Source of the DNA: Gemmatimonadota bacterium
GTDB taxonomy: Bacteria; Gemmatimonadota; Gemmatimonadetes; Gemmatimonadales; Gemmatimonadaceae
Length of the DNA: 64,000 nucleotides
Assembly: GCA_040389905.1 (NCBI GenBank)
Contig: JAZJZK010000014.1
Coordinates: forward strand, 64,001 to 128,000
Direction: 5' to 3'
Position 1 is the stretch's first letter. Each line of letters starts with the position of its first letter. The translations under genes and the position numbers were made by a program. Below, piece after piece: positions 28,365 through 38,395 of the stretch. Under the pieces are notes generated by a model. The model was given only the letters and a program-made list of their open reading frames with translations, was not told the origin of the DNA and did not search any database.

Positions 28365-31358
28365 TTAGAAGCCGACCGATAAGCCGCCCACGAACGTGCG
28401 CGACCGCGGATAGACGTTGTTGTCGATTCCCCTGATGCTCGCCGTCGGGTCCACACCGGTGTACTTGGTCGATGTGAAGACATTCTGGACGGTTCCAAAC
28501 AGGCGCGCATTCGTCAGCTGTCCCAATCGCGCAACCGTATACCCGATCGTCACGTTGTCCATCCGGATGAACGAGCCATCCTCGACGTACAGGTCCGAGA
28601 GATACTGCGGACGGGTGAATCCATTCTTCAGGACCGATGCCTCGAGATTCACCGGCGCGAATGGTGACGTGAGCACGCTGTAGTTGCCGAGATTCGACGC
28701 CACGTTGTTGTACACGTAGTTCCCCATGTAGGAACGAAGCGTGGTGCTTGCGTCGAACTTCTTCCACGTCATGTTCGAGGTGTGACCGATGATCCACTTC
28801 GGCGCGGGGCTGTGGAAGGGGCGCAGATCACTGGTGTTGATGATCTTGTCGCCGTTCTGGTCGACGTACATCTCGACATCCGTGCCGGTGTTGACTGGCG
28901 TCCCGGTCGACGTCGAACGATGCTCGTACACATAGAAGGAGTTGACGGGCTGCCCCGCCTGAAGAACCTGAATCGTGGTCCCCACGCCACCAGCGATACC
29001 GCCCGTCTGGATGCTCGTGAGCCCAGCGCGACCGATCGTCAGGAGCTCGTTCGTGTTGCGCGACGCGTTGAAGTTCCCCGTCCAATTGAATCCCTGCCGT
29101 CCGCCGTCGATGATCTTGCCACCGATCACGAACTCGATGCCCTTGTTCTGCACGCTGCCGATGTTGGTGAGCACGCTGTTCGACAGTGCCGTGCCTGCTG
29201 CCGTCGGCACGTTGAAGAGGAGGTCCTTGGTCGTCTTCGTATAGTAGTCAACGCTCCCCGTGAACCGATCGCGCATGATGCCGTAATCGAGGCCGATCTG
29301 TGAGGAGGTTGTGGTCTCCCAATGGAGATTCGCGTCGAACGCGACGGGACGAATCGTCGTGACGAACGTGTTGCCCAGCTGCGCCTGTGCCTGCGAGTTG
29401 CCGACCACGTAACTGCCGTATGCGCAGTAGTTGCACCCGATCGCTTCGTTTCCGTTCCGGCCCCACGAGACGCGCAGCTTGAGATCCGAGAAGGGCAGAT
29501 CCTTGAACATCGACTCCTGAAGGACACGCCACGCGAACGCCAATGATGGAAACACACCGTACTTCTGGCCTTCGCCGAAGCGCGACGAACCGTCGCGACG
29601 AACCGTTCCCGTGAGGAGGTACCGATCCATGATGTTGAGGTTCGCACGACCAAACTGCGAGCGCAGGAGATGCTCCTGCACACTGACGCCCGGGCTGGCT
29701 TCCGCAAACGTGGGCACGCCGTTGATGGTCAGCAGGTTGCTCGAGAGCCCCCGGGCGCTGTAGCCGTTGTAGCTGCCACTGAAATCTTCTGCCGAGACAC
29801 CAGCCGTGAGGTCCATCGTGCCGGAGATCGACGTCGGCAGGTCTCGGCGATAGCTCACGTAGGCGTCACCGACCGTGTGCAATTCGGAGTGATTGCTCCG
29901 GGAGATCGAGCCGCGTGTGAGGGAATCCGCCTTGAGCTGCGAGGCAATGTTGGTCGGCGTAAAGCTGTTGCGGTCGGCACGGTTGACGTCGTAGCTGCCG
30001 CGCCCCGTGACGGAGAGACCGGAGAGGAATGGCAAACGATACTCCGCCTCGAGGTTGCCGATGCTGCGGAGGATATTCCCCTGGTCCTGCACATACTTGA
30101 GCATCTCCAGCGGATTGTTCGGAGCCAGTCCGACAAGCGCGCCTGACGTCGGATCGCGATACTGGAAGTATGCGCCGGCGTCCGTGTACATCGGCTGCGT
30201 TGGTGCAAAGGCGATCGCGGAGCCGAGCACGCCCCCGGGCGTGTACCAGTCGAGTGAGCGCGAGCCACGAACGCGGGTATTGAGCGAGAGCTTGTCGTTC
30301 AGCAGGCGATCGCTGTAGTTGAGCGACGCCGACGCACGCTGGGTGCGACTGCCAATGAGGATGCCATCCTGGTCGAGGAAGCCGAGCCCAAGGCGATAGT
30401 TCATCGTCTCACGCCGGCCGCTGAAGCCCATGTTGTGCTCCTGACCACCCGCGCTCTGCTCGATCGCGCTGAGCCAGTTGGTGTTGGCCGAGCCGAGCGA
30501 GGCCGAGTTGGATGGTGCGTATGTCTGCACCGCGGTGCGATACTGCGCTGCGTCGAGGAGGTTCGGGCCGCCGGTCACGCGAGAACCTGACACGGTTCCC
30601 GTATAGGTCACCTGGGAGCCGGCACCGCCGGTCTTCGTGGTGATGATCACGACACCGTTCGCGCCGCGGTTTCCATAGATGGCCGTCGACGAGGCATCCT
30701 TGAGCACCGTGATGGTCTCGATGTCGTTCGGGTTCAGGAAGTTCAGGGCATTGCGGCCATTGACCGTCGACCCGCCACCGATATCGATCGGTACCCCGTC
30801 GATGACGTAGAGGGGTTCGTTGCTCGCGTTCACGGAGGTACCGCCGCGAATGCGAATGGAAATGCCGCCGCCGGGCTCATTGTTTTCGGAGACCTGCACG
30901 CCGGCGACTTTGCCGCGAATGAGCGCTTCGGGGCTCACGATGCGGCCGGTGTTGAATTCCTCGCTGGCCACCGTTGCCACCGACCCGGTGAGGTCTTTCG
31001 CTTCCTGCGTTCCGTAGCCGACGACCACGACGCCAGTGATCGCGACGGCGGACGCACGCAGTTGAAAGTTGACGGTCGCCTGACCTCCAGCGGTCACCAC
31101 GACGGACGCCGAGTCGACGCCGTATCCGATGCGCTGCGCGCGCATGGTGTAGCTGCCGGGGCGCACGGCAATGGTGTATCGCCCATCGTCGCGGGTGACG
31201 GCTCCTGCGCCCGCGCCGACGACGCTCACCTGCACCTGCGCGATCGGCCCGCCCGACTCCGCACTGGTGACTCGGCCGGCGATGGTCCCCGTTTGTGCGA
31301 TGAGTGGCGCGCCGGCCACGATCGTGGAGACGATCCCGGTGAAGACTGTCCGCAACAT
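28365..31358 (-). CDS. susC: SusC/RagA family TonB-dependent receptor
   Basis: VVVGYGTQ, IRIRGGTS, PLYVIDGVP, VLKDASSTAIYGNRGANGVVIITTK, C-terminal Phe; AGGAGA RBS. Confidence 0.95.
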   Translation of the reverse strand: MLRTVFTGIVSTIVAGAPLIAQTGTIAGRVTSAESGGPIAQVQVSVVGAGAGAVTRDDGRYTIAVRPGSYTMRAQRIGYGVDSASVVVTAGGQATVNFQLRASAVAITGVVVVGYGTQEAKDLTGSVATVASEEFNTGRIVSPEALIRGKVAGVQVSENNEPGGGISIRIRGGTSVNASNEPLYVIDGVPIDIGGGSTVNGRNALNFLNPNDIETITVLKDASSTAIYGNRGANGVVIITTKTGGAGSQVTYTGTVSGSRVTGGPNLLDAAQYRTAVQTYAPSNSASLGSANTNWLSAIEQSAGGQEHNMGFSGRRETMNYRLGLGFLDQDGILIGSRTQRASASLNYSDRLLNDKLSLNTRVRGSRSLDWYTPGGVLGSAIAFAPTQPMYTDAGAYFQYRDPTSGALVGLAPNNPLEMLKYVQDQGNILRSIGNLEAEYRLPFLSGLSVTGRGSYDVNRADRNSFTPTNIASQLKADSLTRGSISRSNHSELHTVGDAYVSYRRDLPTSISGTMDLTAGVSAEDFSGSYNGYSARGLSSNLLTINGVPTFAEASPGVSVQEHLLRSQFGRANLNIMDRYLLTGTVRRDGSSRFGEGQKYGVFPSLAFAWRVLQESMFKDLPFSDLKLRVSWGRNGNEAIGCNYCAYGSYVVGNSQAQAQLGNTFVTTIRPVAFDANLHWETTTSSQIGLDYGIMRDRFTGSVDYYTKTTKDLLFNVPTAAGTALSNSVLTNIGSVQNKGIEFVIGGKIIDGGRQGFNWTGNFNASRNTNELLTIGRAGLTSIQTGGIAGGVGTTIQVLQAGQPVNSFYVYEHRSTSTGTPVNTGTDVEMYVDQNGDKIINTSDLRPFHSPAPKWIIGHTSNMTWKKFDASTTLRSYMGNYVYNNVASNLGNYSVLTSPFAPVNLEASVLKNGFTRPQYLSDLYVEDGSFIRMDNVTIGYTVARLGQLTNARLFGTVQNVFTSTKYTGVDPTASIRGIDNNVYPRSRTFVGGLSVGF

Positions 31359-31513
31359 CAAAGGTCTCCTGGAGTGAAAGGTGCCATTTCAGTGCAATTT
31401 TTCGCGCAACTATTTGTCATTCGTCCCGCCGCGGTGCAAAGTCGACAGAAAAAGTTATTTCTTGACGTACGCTGAGATAGCAGCGAAAATGTCGGTGCAC
31501 AAGGACGTTCACT

Positions 31514-31548
31514 GCAACATTCTTCGCAATCGGTTGCGTAAATGTTGC
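31514..31548. promoter_or_regulatory. Putative LacI-family operator in the divergent susC/lacI promoter
   Basis: CGCAATCGGTTGCG core with central CG, flanked by GCAACATT / AATGTTGC. Confidence 0.7.
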
Positions 31549-31569
31549 GAGACTTTGGCTCCGGAATCC

Positions 31570-32652
31570 ATGCCAAGCCGACGCGTTACACTGAAGGACA
31601 TCGCAAAACAGGTTGGCCTCTCCATGGCCACCGTGTCGCGCGCCCTCGCCGATCACCCCGACATCAGCGGGGAGACCAAGGAGCGCGTCCGGAATGCGGC
31701 GCAGCAGCTCAGCTATATCCCCAACTACCGCGCTCGCTACCTGCGCGCGAAACATTCCCGGTTGATCGCGCTGATCGTCCCCGAGATGAACATGTTCTTC
31801 GTGCCCTCGATGATCACCGGGATCAATCGCGTGGTGCAGGCCAACGACTATTCGCTCATCGTCTTTCAGTCGGACAATTCCATCGTCCAGGAGCGACGAC
31901 TCGTCGAGTATTGCACGCACCTCTCAACCGACGGCGTGCTGCTCGTCCTCTCGTCCGAAACGACCGATCTCCAGCACCTCGACGTGCTGAACGAATGCGG
32001 CATTCCCGTCGTGCTCCTCGACAAGACGATGGAGACGATCAGGCACACGACGGTCACCATCGACGATCAGGAGGCGGGTCGCGAGGCAACGGGATACCTC
32101 ATCGAACACGGTCATTCCCGCTGCATTGGCGTCTTCAGCGATCCTCGGCAGCGGATCAGCGCGCTCCGCATGAAGGGCTTTCGCCGCGCGCACTCCGATC
32201 ACGGCATCGCGTTCGCCGAGAGCCAGATCGTCAGGATCACGATGATTTCGGAGTTGGAGGAGAAGCTCGACAAGGCGTTTGCCGAGCATCCGGACCTGAC
32301 GGCGATCTTCACGATGACCGACGAGCTCCTCGTCCACACCCATCATCTCGTCTCACGCCGCGGGTTGCGGATTCCCGAGGACGTATCGCTACTGGCCATC
32401 AGTGACGGCCAGGCGCCGAGCTTCCTCCATCCGAACGTCACCCATCTGCGTCATTCGGGAATCGAAGTCGGCGAGCGCACGGCGCACATCCTCATCGGGA
32501 TGATCGAGCACAATTCCGATGCGATGATGGACGTCAGAATCCGGACCACCCTCGTGGAGTTGGGGTCCGTGGCCAACCGAACGGTGGCGTCAGGAAATGG
32601 GAAGGTGGTCAGCGAGCGAGCAAAACCTGCGCGAAAGGTGAAACAGGGTTGA
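31570..32652 (+). CDS. LacI family transcriptional regulator
   Basis: VTLKDIAKQVGLSMATVSRAL HTH followed by a sugar-binding domain. Confidence 0.93.
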   Translation: MPSRRVTLKDIAKQVGLSMATVSRALADHPDISGETKERVRNAAQQLSYIPNYRARYLRAKHSRLIALIVPEMNMFFVPSMITGINRVVQANDYSLIVFQSDNSIVQERRLVEYCTHLSTDGVLLVLSSETTDLQHLDVLNECGIPVVLLDKTMETIRHTTVTIDDQEAGREATGYLIEHGHSRCIGVFSDPRQRISALRMKGFRRAHSDHGIAFAESQIVRITMISELEEKLDKAFAEHPDLTAIFTMTDELLVHTHHLVSRRGLRIPEDVSLLAISDGQAPSFLHPNVTHLRHSGIEVGERTAHILIGMIEHNSDAMMDVRIRTTLVELGSVANRTVASGNGKVVSERAKPARKVKQG

Positions 32653-32709
32653 TCCGGTGGTCGCTCACCGGCGCTCGGCTTCGAACGACAGCACGGAGGC
32701 GAGTCGTTT

Positions 32710-32777
32710 ACCGCAGAGGGCGCAGAGGAGCAGAGGGACGCAGGGGGACTGCGAAACTGAATTGTGTTTCCTCTGCG
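32710..32777. repeat. Family 3 element, right arm truncated
   Basis: ACCGCAGAGGGCGCAGAGGAGCAGAGGGACGCAGGGG ... CCTCTGCG, between convergent genes. Confidence 0.8.
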
Positions 32778-32784
32778 ACGCCGC

Positions 32785-35361
32785 CTAGAACCTGGACCCC
32801 ATGTAGATGTCCCAACGCCATCCCTTTTCGGGGAAGATTCCGCGCGCAGCCTCGATTCGCACCAAGCCATCGATCAACGACAGGCCAACCCCCGCGCCGC
32901 TGAGTGGTCGACCGGGCTTCAGGAAATCCTTATGTCCACCAGCCCATCCTACATCGAAGAACATCGACGGACGGAAGGCCAGCCACGCCGGACCCACGTC
33001 CGTGCGCGACAACCAGAAGGCATCACCGACATGGCCGACGCCGACCGCACTTGGGAACTCTCCACGCACGGTTTGAAGGCCACCCACGTAAAATGCGCGC
33101 TGAACTGGCAGGGTCCCGGCTGACGCTCCTGTCCCGCCGCTAAGCGCAACGTCGAACCCGCCGAGCCGCTTGTTGAGTGTGCCGTCGAGCACCAGTCGAC
33201 CATAGCCCGAGCCGGTGGCCCCTTGCTCGCGTGACACGAGCGCCCCTTCGATACGCGCACGCGTAAACAGCCGCGCAACTGCCGGATCAGCACCAAAAGT
33301 CCGTGCCACGTCAGCGCCGACGCCGACCGTCGTCAGACGCTCAGCGTCGATGTTGGCCCCGAATCGCGAACCGGCAATCACTTTCGCGAGCGACACCTGT
33401 GTGTTGGCAACCGCACCGGCGCTTCCCTGCCGCTCCGCGAACGCGCGCCATGTGAGGGTGGCGCCGCTAAGCGGACCAAGCGCGTCGCGGGTGCCGACAA
33501 GTTCAGCACCCCAATTCCGGTAGTAGAACCCTTCGTCGCGCCCAAACAGGAAGTTTGACATGGACGCCCCGAACGACAGGGGCGCGCCCCAGTCGTCATT
33601 CGCGACAGACAACCGACGAAAGACGCCAGCCCGTAAATTCTCGCGGCCGTTCGAGCGCGCCAGCGACAGCTCCCCGTTCAATTCACGGTCAGCCGTACCA
33701 AACCTGCCGAGCGCTTCTGCCGTAAGCCCAAGTCCCAATTCGGACTTCGCCGAGAGCGCCATGGAAAGGCCTTCGACGCGGTTGAAGCGCGTGATGTCGA
33801 GTCCGGAGTGCAGGACGGGGCGCATGGGGCCCCATGGCGGCTGAAGGAAGAAATCCAGGCTCTTCAGCAGCTCGTCGCGTTCGGCACTCCCGAAGAGTTC
33901 CTCTCCTTCGCCATAGATCGAGCCAGCGAACTCGGTGGTGTCTGCAAGCCGACTTCGGTCGCACGGCATTCGGACAACCGCGCGGACCGCTCCGCCGTAC
34001 CGCGAGCTCACGCCTTCGATAAAGGTGCTGTCCCCCTTGCACGCATCCCTGTGGCGCGTGGCCTGTCGAGCGCCCGCCCGAAGGGACTGCTCCCACCGCT
34101 CGAGAAGGCGCGCGTTGATCGTGTCTCCCCCCGCGCGAAGGTAGACAGCGTTAGCGCGCAGCGTATCAGCCCGCAAAGTGAAGCGCTTGATGATCGAATC
34201 GTCGGGGACCGGACCCGGCTGATACCGCGCCATCACGTCAGGCGACGCGCCGACCGTCAGCCTGCTCGACCCGTACCACGTTGTGTCATCCGGTGCAAAG
34301 CCGAGTTGCGCAAGCGTCGAAGCCGGCGCATCCGCTTCGGCGCCGTTGACGCTGTTGTAGGTAAAACTCTCGCTCCAGCTCAACGGCATCCGCATGAAAC
34401 CCGCGGCGACCTCGCCCTGCGCAATGTTCTGCTTCGGCAACCAGAACCGCCCTTCGTGCAGCCCATATTCCACGGTGACGGCTGACAGCTTCGCGTACAT
34501 CGGGGACATGACGCCGGACGCTACCTTCATTCCGATCTTGTCCCAAATGCCGCCCTGCAGGCGTTTGAGCTCCTTGCGCGTTCGTTCCGCCACTACACCG
34601 GTGTCCGTGCGAATCCGCTGTTCCAGGGAGTCGATGGACCGCTTGAGCTCCTCGTTCGCGAGCGTCCAGAAATCGAGGTCGGCCGACAAGCGGTACGCCG
34701 CGCGCACGAGGCTCCCCTTGTCGACGTCGAACCAGAACGAGCCGACGAACGCGCGCCAGTCCGGTTTCCGCGCGGTGATGCGCAGTTCGCGCAGCGCGAT
34801 GGCGTGTCCATCGGGCAGACGAAGGGTCACTGAATCGCCGGTGGCGTAGTGGTAGAATGCTTCAGCGCCATTTGCGAGGGGATGAATCAGGTCGTCGTCA
34901 CCGATTTCCGTCTTGACCGCGCCGACGTATGGAAGCCAGAGCGCCTCTCGGCCGGGGAAATACGGGATGGGAACCGCGTCCGTCATGTCGAGCACACCCG
35001 CGCCCATCGGGAACGCCGTGCGTCGCCCAATTGGCTGAATGGAGACACCCGCGGCGCGTCCCCAGCGCACGCGCGCCGCCTGCTCGCTCCGAATCAGGAG
35101 CTTCTCCGGTCCGATCTTCCTCACTCCCATGCCCACGGACAGCCGGAGGAACGACTTGGCATCGTATCCCCTGAGCGCCGAATCCTGCGCCAGCCTCGCG
35201 CCGCGCGCGCGCTCGAACAGGACGCGTGCGGTGGAGTCGCCGAAGGCGCTGCGCATGAGCTCTGGCGTGACGGGCTCTCGACGCGGCGCCGCTACCTGCG
35301 CCGAGGCCATGGGAAGGACTCCGCTATTGACCGCGAGGAACGCGGCGACGAGGATGCGCAT
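32785..35361 (-). CDS. Putative outer-membrane beta-barrel protein of unknown function
   Basis: Signal peptide, RFNRVEGL, amphipathic beta C-terminal half ending WRWDIYMGSRF. Confidence 0.7.
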   Translation of the reverse strand: MRILVAAFLAVNSGVLPMASAQVAAPRREPVTPELMRSAFGDSTARVLFERARGARLAQDSALRGYDAKSFLRLSVGMGVRKIGPEKLLIRSEQAARVRWGRAAGVSIQPIGRRTAFPMGAGVLDMTDAVPIPYFPGREALWLPYVGAVKTEIGDDDLIHPLANGAEAFYHYATGDSVTLRLPDGHAIALRELRITARKPDWRAFVGSFWFDVDKGSLVRAAYRLSADLDFWTLANEELKRSIDSLEQRIRTDTGVVAERTRKELKRLQGGIWDKIGMKVASGVMSPMYAKLSAVTVEYGLHEGRFWLPKQNIAQGEVAAGFMRMPLSWSESFTYNSVNGAEADAPASTLAQLGFAPDDTTWYGSSRLTVGASPDVMARYQPGPVPDDSIIKRFTLRADTLRANAVYLRAGGDTINARLLERWEQSLRAGARQATRHRDACKGDSTFIEGVSSRYGGAVRAVVRMPCDRSRLADTTEFAGSIYGEGEELFGSAERDELLKSLDFFLQPPWGPMRPVLHSGLDITRFNRVEGLSMALSAKSELGLGLTAEALGRFGTADRELNGELSLARSNGRENLRAGVFRRLSVANDDWGAPLSFGASMSNFLFGRDEGFYYRNWGAELVGTRDALGPLSGATLTWRAFAERQGSAGAVANTQVSLAKVIAGSRFGANIDAERLTTVGVGADVARTFGADPAVARLFTRARIEGALVSREQGATGSGYGRLVLDGTLNKRLGGFDVALSGGTGASAGTLPVQRAFYVGGLQTVRGEFPSAVGVGHVGDAFWLSRTDVGPAWLAFRPSMFFDVGWAGGHKDFLKPGRPLSGAGVGLSLIDGLVRIEAARGIFPEKGWRWDIYMGSRF

Positions 35362-35447
35362 GGGGCGGCGAAAGAGGCATTTCAATCCTACGCGTTCCCG
35401 TGATACACTGCTACGCACCTGATGGTTGCTTTTCGACGGAGAACCCG

Positions 35448-36161
35448 ATGCACATTCTGTTCGCAGAAGATGACCGCCAACTCAGAACGTCCATCACGCG
35501 CGGCCTGCGGGAGGCGTCTTATACCGTCGAACAGGCCGCGTCGGGCCCGCAGGCGTTATCGCTGGCGACGTCGAAGGAATACGATGCGATGATCCTCGAC
35601 ATCCTGCTTCCGGACGTGAGTGGAATCGAGGTCTGTCGCGCGGTCCGCGAACGCGGCAGCCGAGTGCCCATCCTGATGCTCACGGCGCTCGACAGTATCG
35701 AGCAGCGGATCACGGGTCTCGACGCGGGCGCGGACGACTACCTCACCAAGCCCTTCGATTTTGGAGAGCTGCTCGCGCGGATTCGTGCCCTCATCCGGCG
35801 CCACACCGACGTCAGTCCGCCGACGCTCATTATCGGCGACCTCGTGATCGACACACGACGGCACGCCGTCCAGCGCAATGGCAGGAGCATCCCACTCACC
35901 GCCCGCGAATTCGCGTTCCTCTTATATCTCGCGCGGAACGCGGGCAGTGTGGTCAGTCGCGCGGACCTGATGCTGCACGTCTGGGACGATGCCAAGAACC
36001 TGTACTCGAACATCATCGACGTGTATGCGAGCCGTCTCCGGCGAAAGATCGATGACGGCGAGGACACGCCGATGTTCACCACCGTTCGTGGGAGCGGATT
36101 CGTTCTCGAGACGCCTGCGGCGCGCCGCATGACGACATCGTCCGCGCGACGACGCGACTAG
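35448..36161 (+). CDS. OmpR family response regulator
   Basis: AEDD, ILDILLP, GADDYLTKPF, winged helix; GGAGA RBS. Confidence 0.93.
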   Translation: MHILFAEDDRQLRTSITRGLREASYTVEQAASGPQALSLATSKEYDAMILDILLPDVSGIEVCRAVRERGSRVPILMLTALDSIEQRITGLDAGADDYLTKPFDFGELLARIRALIRRHTDVSPPTLIIGDLVIDTRRHAVQRNGRSIPLTAREFAFLLYLARNAGSVVSRADLMLHVWDDAKNLYSNIIDVYASRLRRKIDDGEDTPMFTTVRGSGFVLETPAARRMTTSSARRRD

Positions 36162-36169
36162 CCACCCCG

Positions 36170-37609
36170 ATGCCACTCTGGCCTTCATCGCTCCGGTCGC
36201 GACTCACCGTGTGGTACGGTGTCCTGCTCGGAATTCCACTGGTTGTTTTTGCGGTCATCTGCTACCTCGTATTCGCGCAGGCCCTGCTGGATCGCACCGA
36301 CCGATTCATCGGCGATGCGTTGACGGCATTCTCACGTGAACTGGTGGCGGAACGGCGGGCGGCGCTGAGCATCGCCAACGCGATGCAGCGAACGGTCGAA
36401 GAGGTCCACTTTCGCGACTTGCACATCGCCATTCTGGACACGAGCGGCCGGCCATTGGCGATGAACGAACTACGCGACGGCGCAGATAACATCCGCAACC
36501 ACGCACTGGCGTCCGCCACCCCGGGCCTCGTGTCCGAAGTCCGAGCGCTCGGCGATGCGCAGTCCGTCGCCCTCACCCTCCCCACGGCATCGGAGGACTT
36601 TCGCGTGGTCGCGCGGCCTGTCGTGCTCGACGCGCAACGGTTCGTGCTCGCCGGCGCGTATTCGCTACGAGACATCGACGTCGTGCTCGCCCGCATCCGC
36701 GGAATGTTTCTCGTGGCGATTCCGGTGCTGGTGGTCTGTGCGGCGACCGGGGGCTTCTTCCTTGCGAAGCGGAGTTTGTCGCCGGTGGCAGCGATGGCCG
36801 AGCATGCCGCCGAGATCGGCGCGAGCAACCTGCATGAACGCCTGCCGGTGAGCGGTGGTGACGAACTCGTCGGCCTTGCGCAGGTGGTCAATGGACTCCT
36901 CGACCGGTTGGAGCATTCCTTCGCGCAACAGCGGCGCTTTGTCGCCGACGCGTCGCACGAACTGCGCACGCCGACGGCGATCGTCCGTGCGGAAGCCGAT
37001 GTGACGTTGTCTCGCGCGCACCGTTCGGAAGACGAATACCGCACCTCCGTCGCGATCATGGGTGATGCCGCTCGGCGGTTAACCCGTATCGTCGACGATC
37101 TGTTCCTCCTCGCGCGCTTCGATGCGGGCCATCTGACCGCTCGGCATGAGCCGCTCTATCTGGAGGAAGTCGTGCACGACGCGGCACGCGGCGTCCGGTC
37201 GGTCGCCGAACAGCGCTCCGTGCAGATCGTCATGCACGATCATCCGGAAGCGCCATTCACGGGTGACGCCGATCTCCTCGGTCGTCTCGTCCTCAACCTC
37301 CTCGACAACGCTATCAAGTATTCGCCGGTCGGTGGCGTGGTCGATGTCACGATGGTGCGCCGAAACAACACGCTGGAAGTCGCGGTCGCCGACTCAGGTC
37401 CGGGAATACCCGCCGAGTCCCGCGACCGTGTCTTCGAGCGCTTCTATCGCGTCGACGCGGCGCGGTCGCGCTCGGAGACCAACACCACCAGCGGGGCCGG
37501 ACTCGGACTCGCGATCGCCCGCCGCATTGCGGAAATCCACGGCGGGCGATTGGACCTTATCGAATCGAGACCAGGGCGAACGGAGTTCCGGCTTACATTG
37601 GCGGTATGA
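36170..37609 (+). CDS. Sensor histidine kinase (2 TM, HAMP, HisKA, HATPase)
   Basis: ASHELRTP, NLLDNAIKY, DSGPGI, GAGLGL. Confidence 0.93.
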   Translation: MPLWPSSLRSRLTVWYGVLLGIPLVVFAVICYLVFAQALLDRTDRFIGDALTAFSRELVAERRAALSIANAMQRTVEEVHFRDLHIAILDTSGRPLAMNELRDGADNIRNHALASATPGLVSEVRALGDAQSVALTLPTASEDFRVVARPVVLDAQRFVLAGAYSLRDIDVVLARIRGMFLVAIPVLVVCAATGGFFLAKRSLSPVAAMAEHAAEIGASNLHERLPVSGGDELVGLAQVVNGLLDRLEHSFAQQRRFVADASHELRTPTAIVRAEADVTLSRAHRSEDEYRTSVAIMGDAARRLTRIVDDLFLLARFDAGHLTARHEPLYLEEVVHDAARGVRSVAEQRSVQIVMHDHPEAPFTGDADLLGRLVLNLLDNAIKYSPVGGVVDVTMVRRNNTLEVAVADSGPGIPAESRDRVFERFYRVDAARSRSETNTTSGAGLGLAIARRIAEIHGGRLDLIESRPGRTEFRLTLAV

Positions 37610-37623
37610 TGTGACCAGCCCCG

Positions 37624-37968
37624 TCAGCGGTTCCGTACCGGCACGAGCAACGCGAGTGCGCCCATGATCAGCAGAACCGCGATCGCAATGCCGACGAGCA
37701 CATGTCGTGACACGCGGGACGTCGCGTCCCGGTTTGCGATGAAAGTCGCTTCGTCCAGATACCACGTCCCCCCACGCGGACCCGACAGGACGACGCCTTC
37801 GCTGACCAGCTCCTCGACCTCCGACTCGTGCGTCACCCCAAGCTCCTGAAGGCTGCGTGCGCGCATTGGCGCGGTCGCATCGGCCACGCGAAACGCGTCG
37901 ATGACGTCCTGAAGCCTTTTGGCATGTGCAGCCACAATTGCCGCGACGGCAGCCCCGCCTGCACCCAT
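37624..37968 (-). CDS. Hypothetical protein with C-terminal TM helix
   Basis: GAGGA RBS before ATG 37968; ATAPMRARSLQELG...WYLDE, possibly winged-helix-like. Confidence 0.65.
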   Translation of the reverse strand: MGAGGAAVAAIVAAHAKRLQDVIDAFRVADATAPMRARSLQELGVTHESEVEELVSEGVVLSGPRGGTWYLDEATFIANRDATSRVSRHVLVGIAIAVLLIMGALALLVPVRNR

Positions 37969-38081
37969 AACGTTGTCCTCGAGCGAAAAGAGAGACGCCC
38001 TGATCTTGCGCACGCCGCGCACCGATCGCCAGTGCCCATGGGCCGGTTTCGCTCGCCCGCGGCGTCGCGTACCTTGTCGCC

Positions 38082-38372
38082 ATGGAAAAGACATTTGTCG
38101 CCAGCCGGCTCGCCGGCAATTGGTTCTTCCGGCCAAGCGTCACGCTGACGCCAACCGGACTTCGATACGAAAAGCCCAAACTATTCGGCGGGAGCGAAGA
38201 GCTGATTCACTACAAGCACATCGCGTCCGTCCGCATCTCGAGCGGGCTGTTGTTCTCGACGGTCACCATCGAGACATCCGGCGGCTCCGCGCCGGTGACC
38301 ATCAGCGGTCTGTATAAGAGCGAGGCCCGCGAACTCCGCGAAGGCATTGAGGCCGCGCAGGCAACGCACTAG
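38082..38372 (+). CDS. Bacterial PH-domain-like small protein
   Basis: 96 aa; beta strands then a C-terminal helix (IHYKHIASVRISSGLLFSTVTIETSGG). Confidence 0.7.
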   Translation: MEKTFVASRLAGNWFFRPSVTLTPTGLRYEKPKLFGGSEELIHYKHIASVRISSGLLFSTVTIETSGGSAPVTISGLYKSEARELREGIEAAQATH

Positions 38373-38395
38373 CGCGAGCGCACGAACGGACGCCT

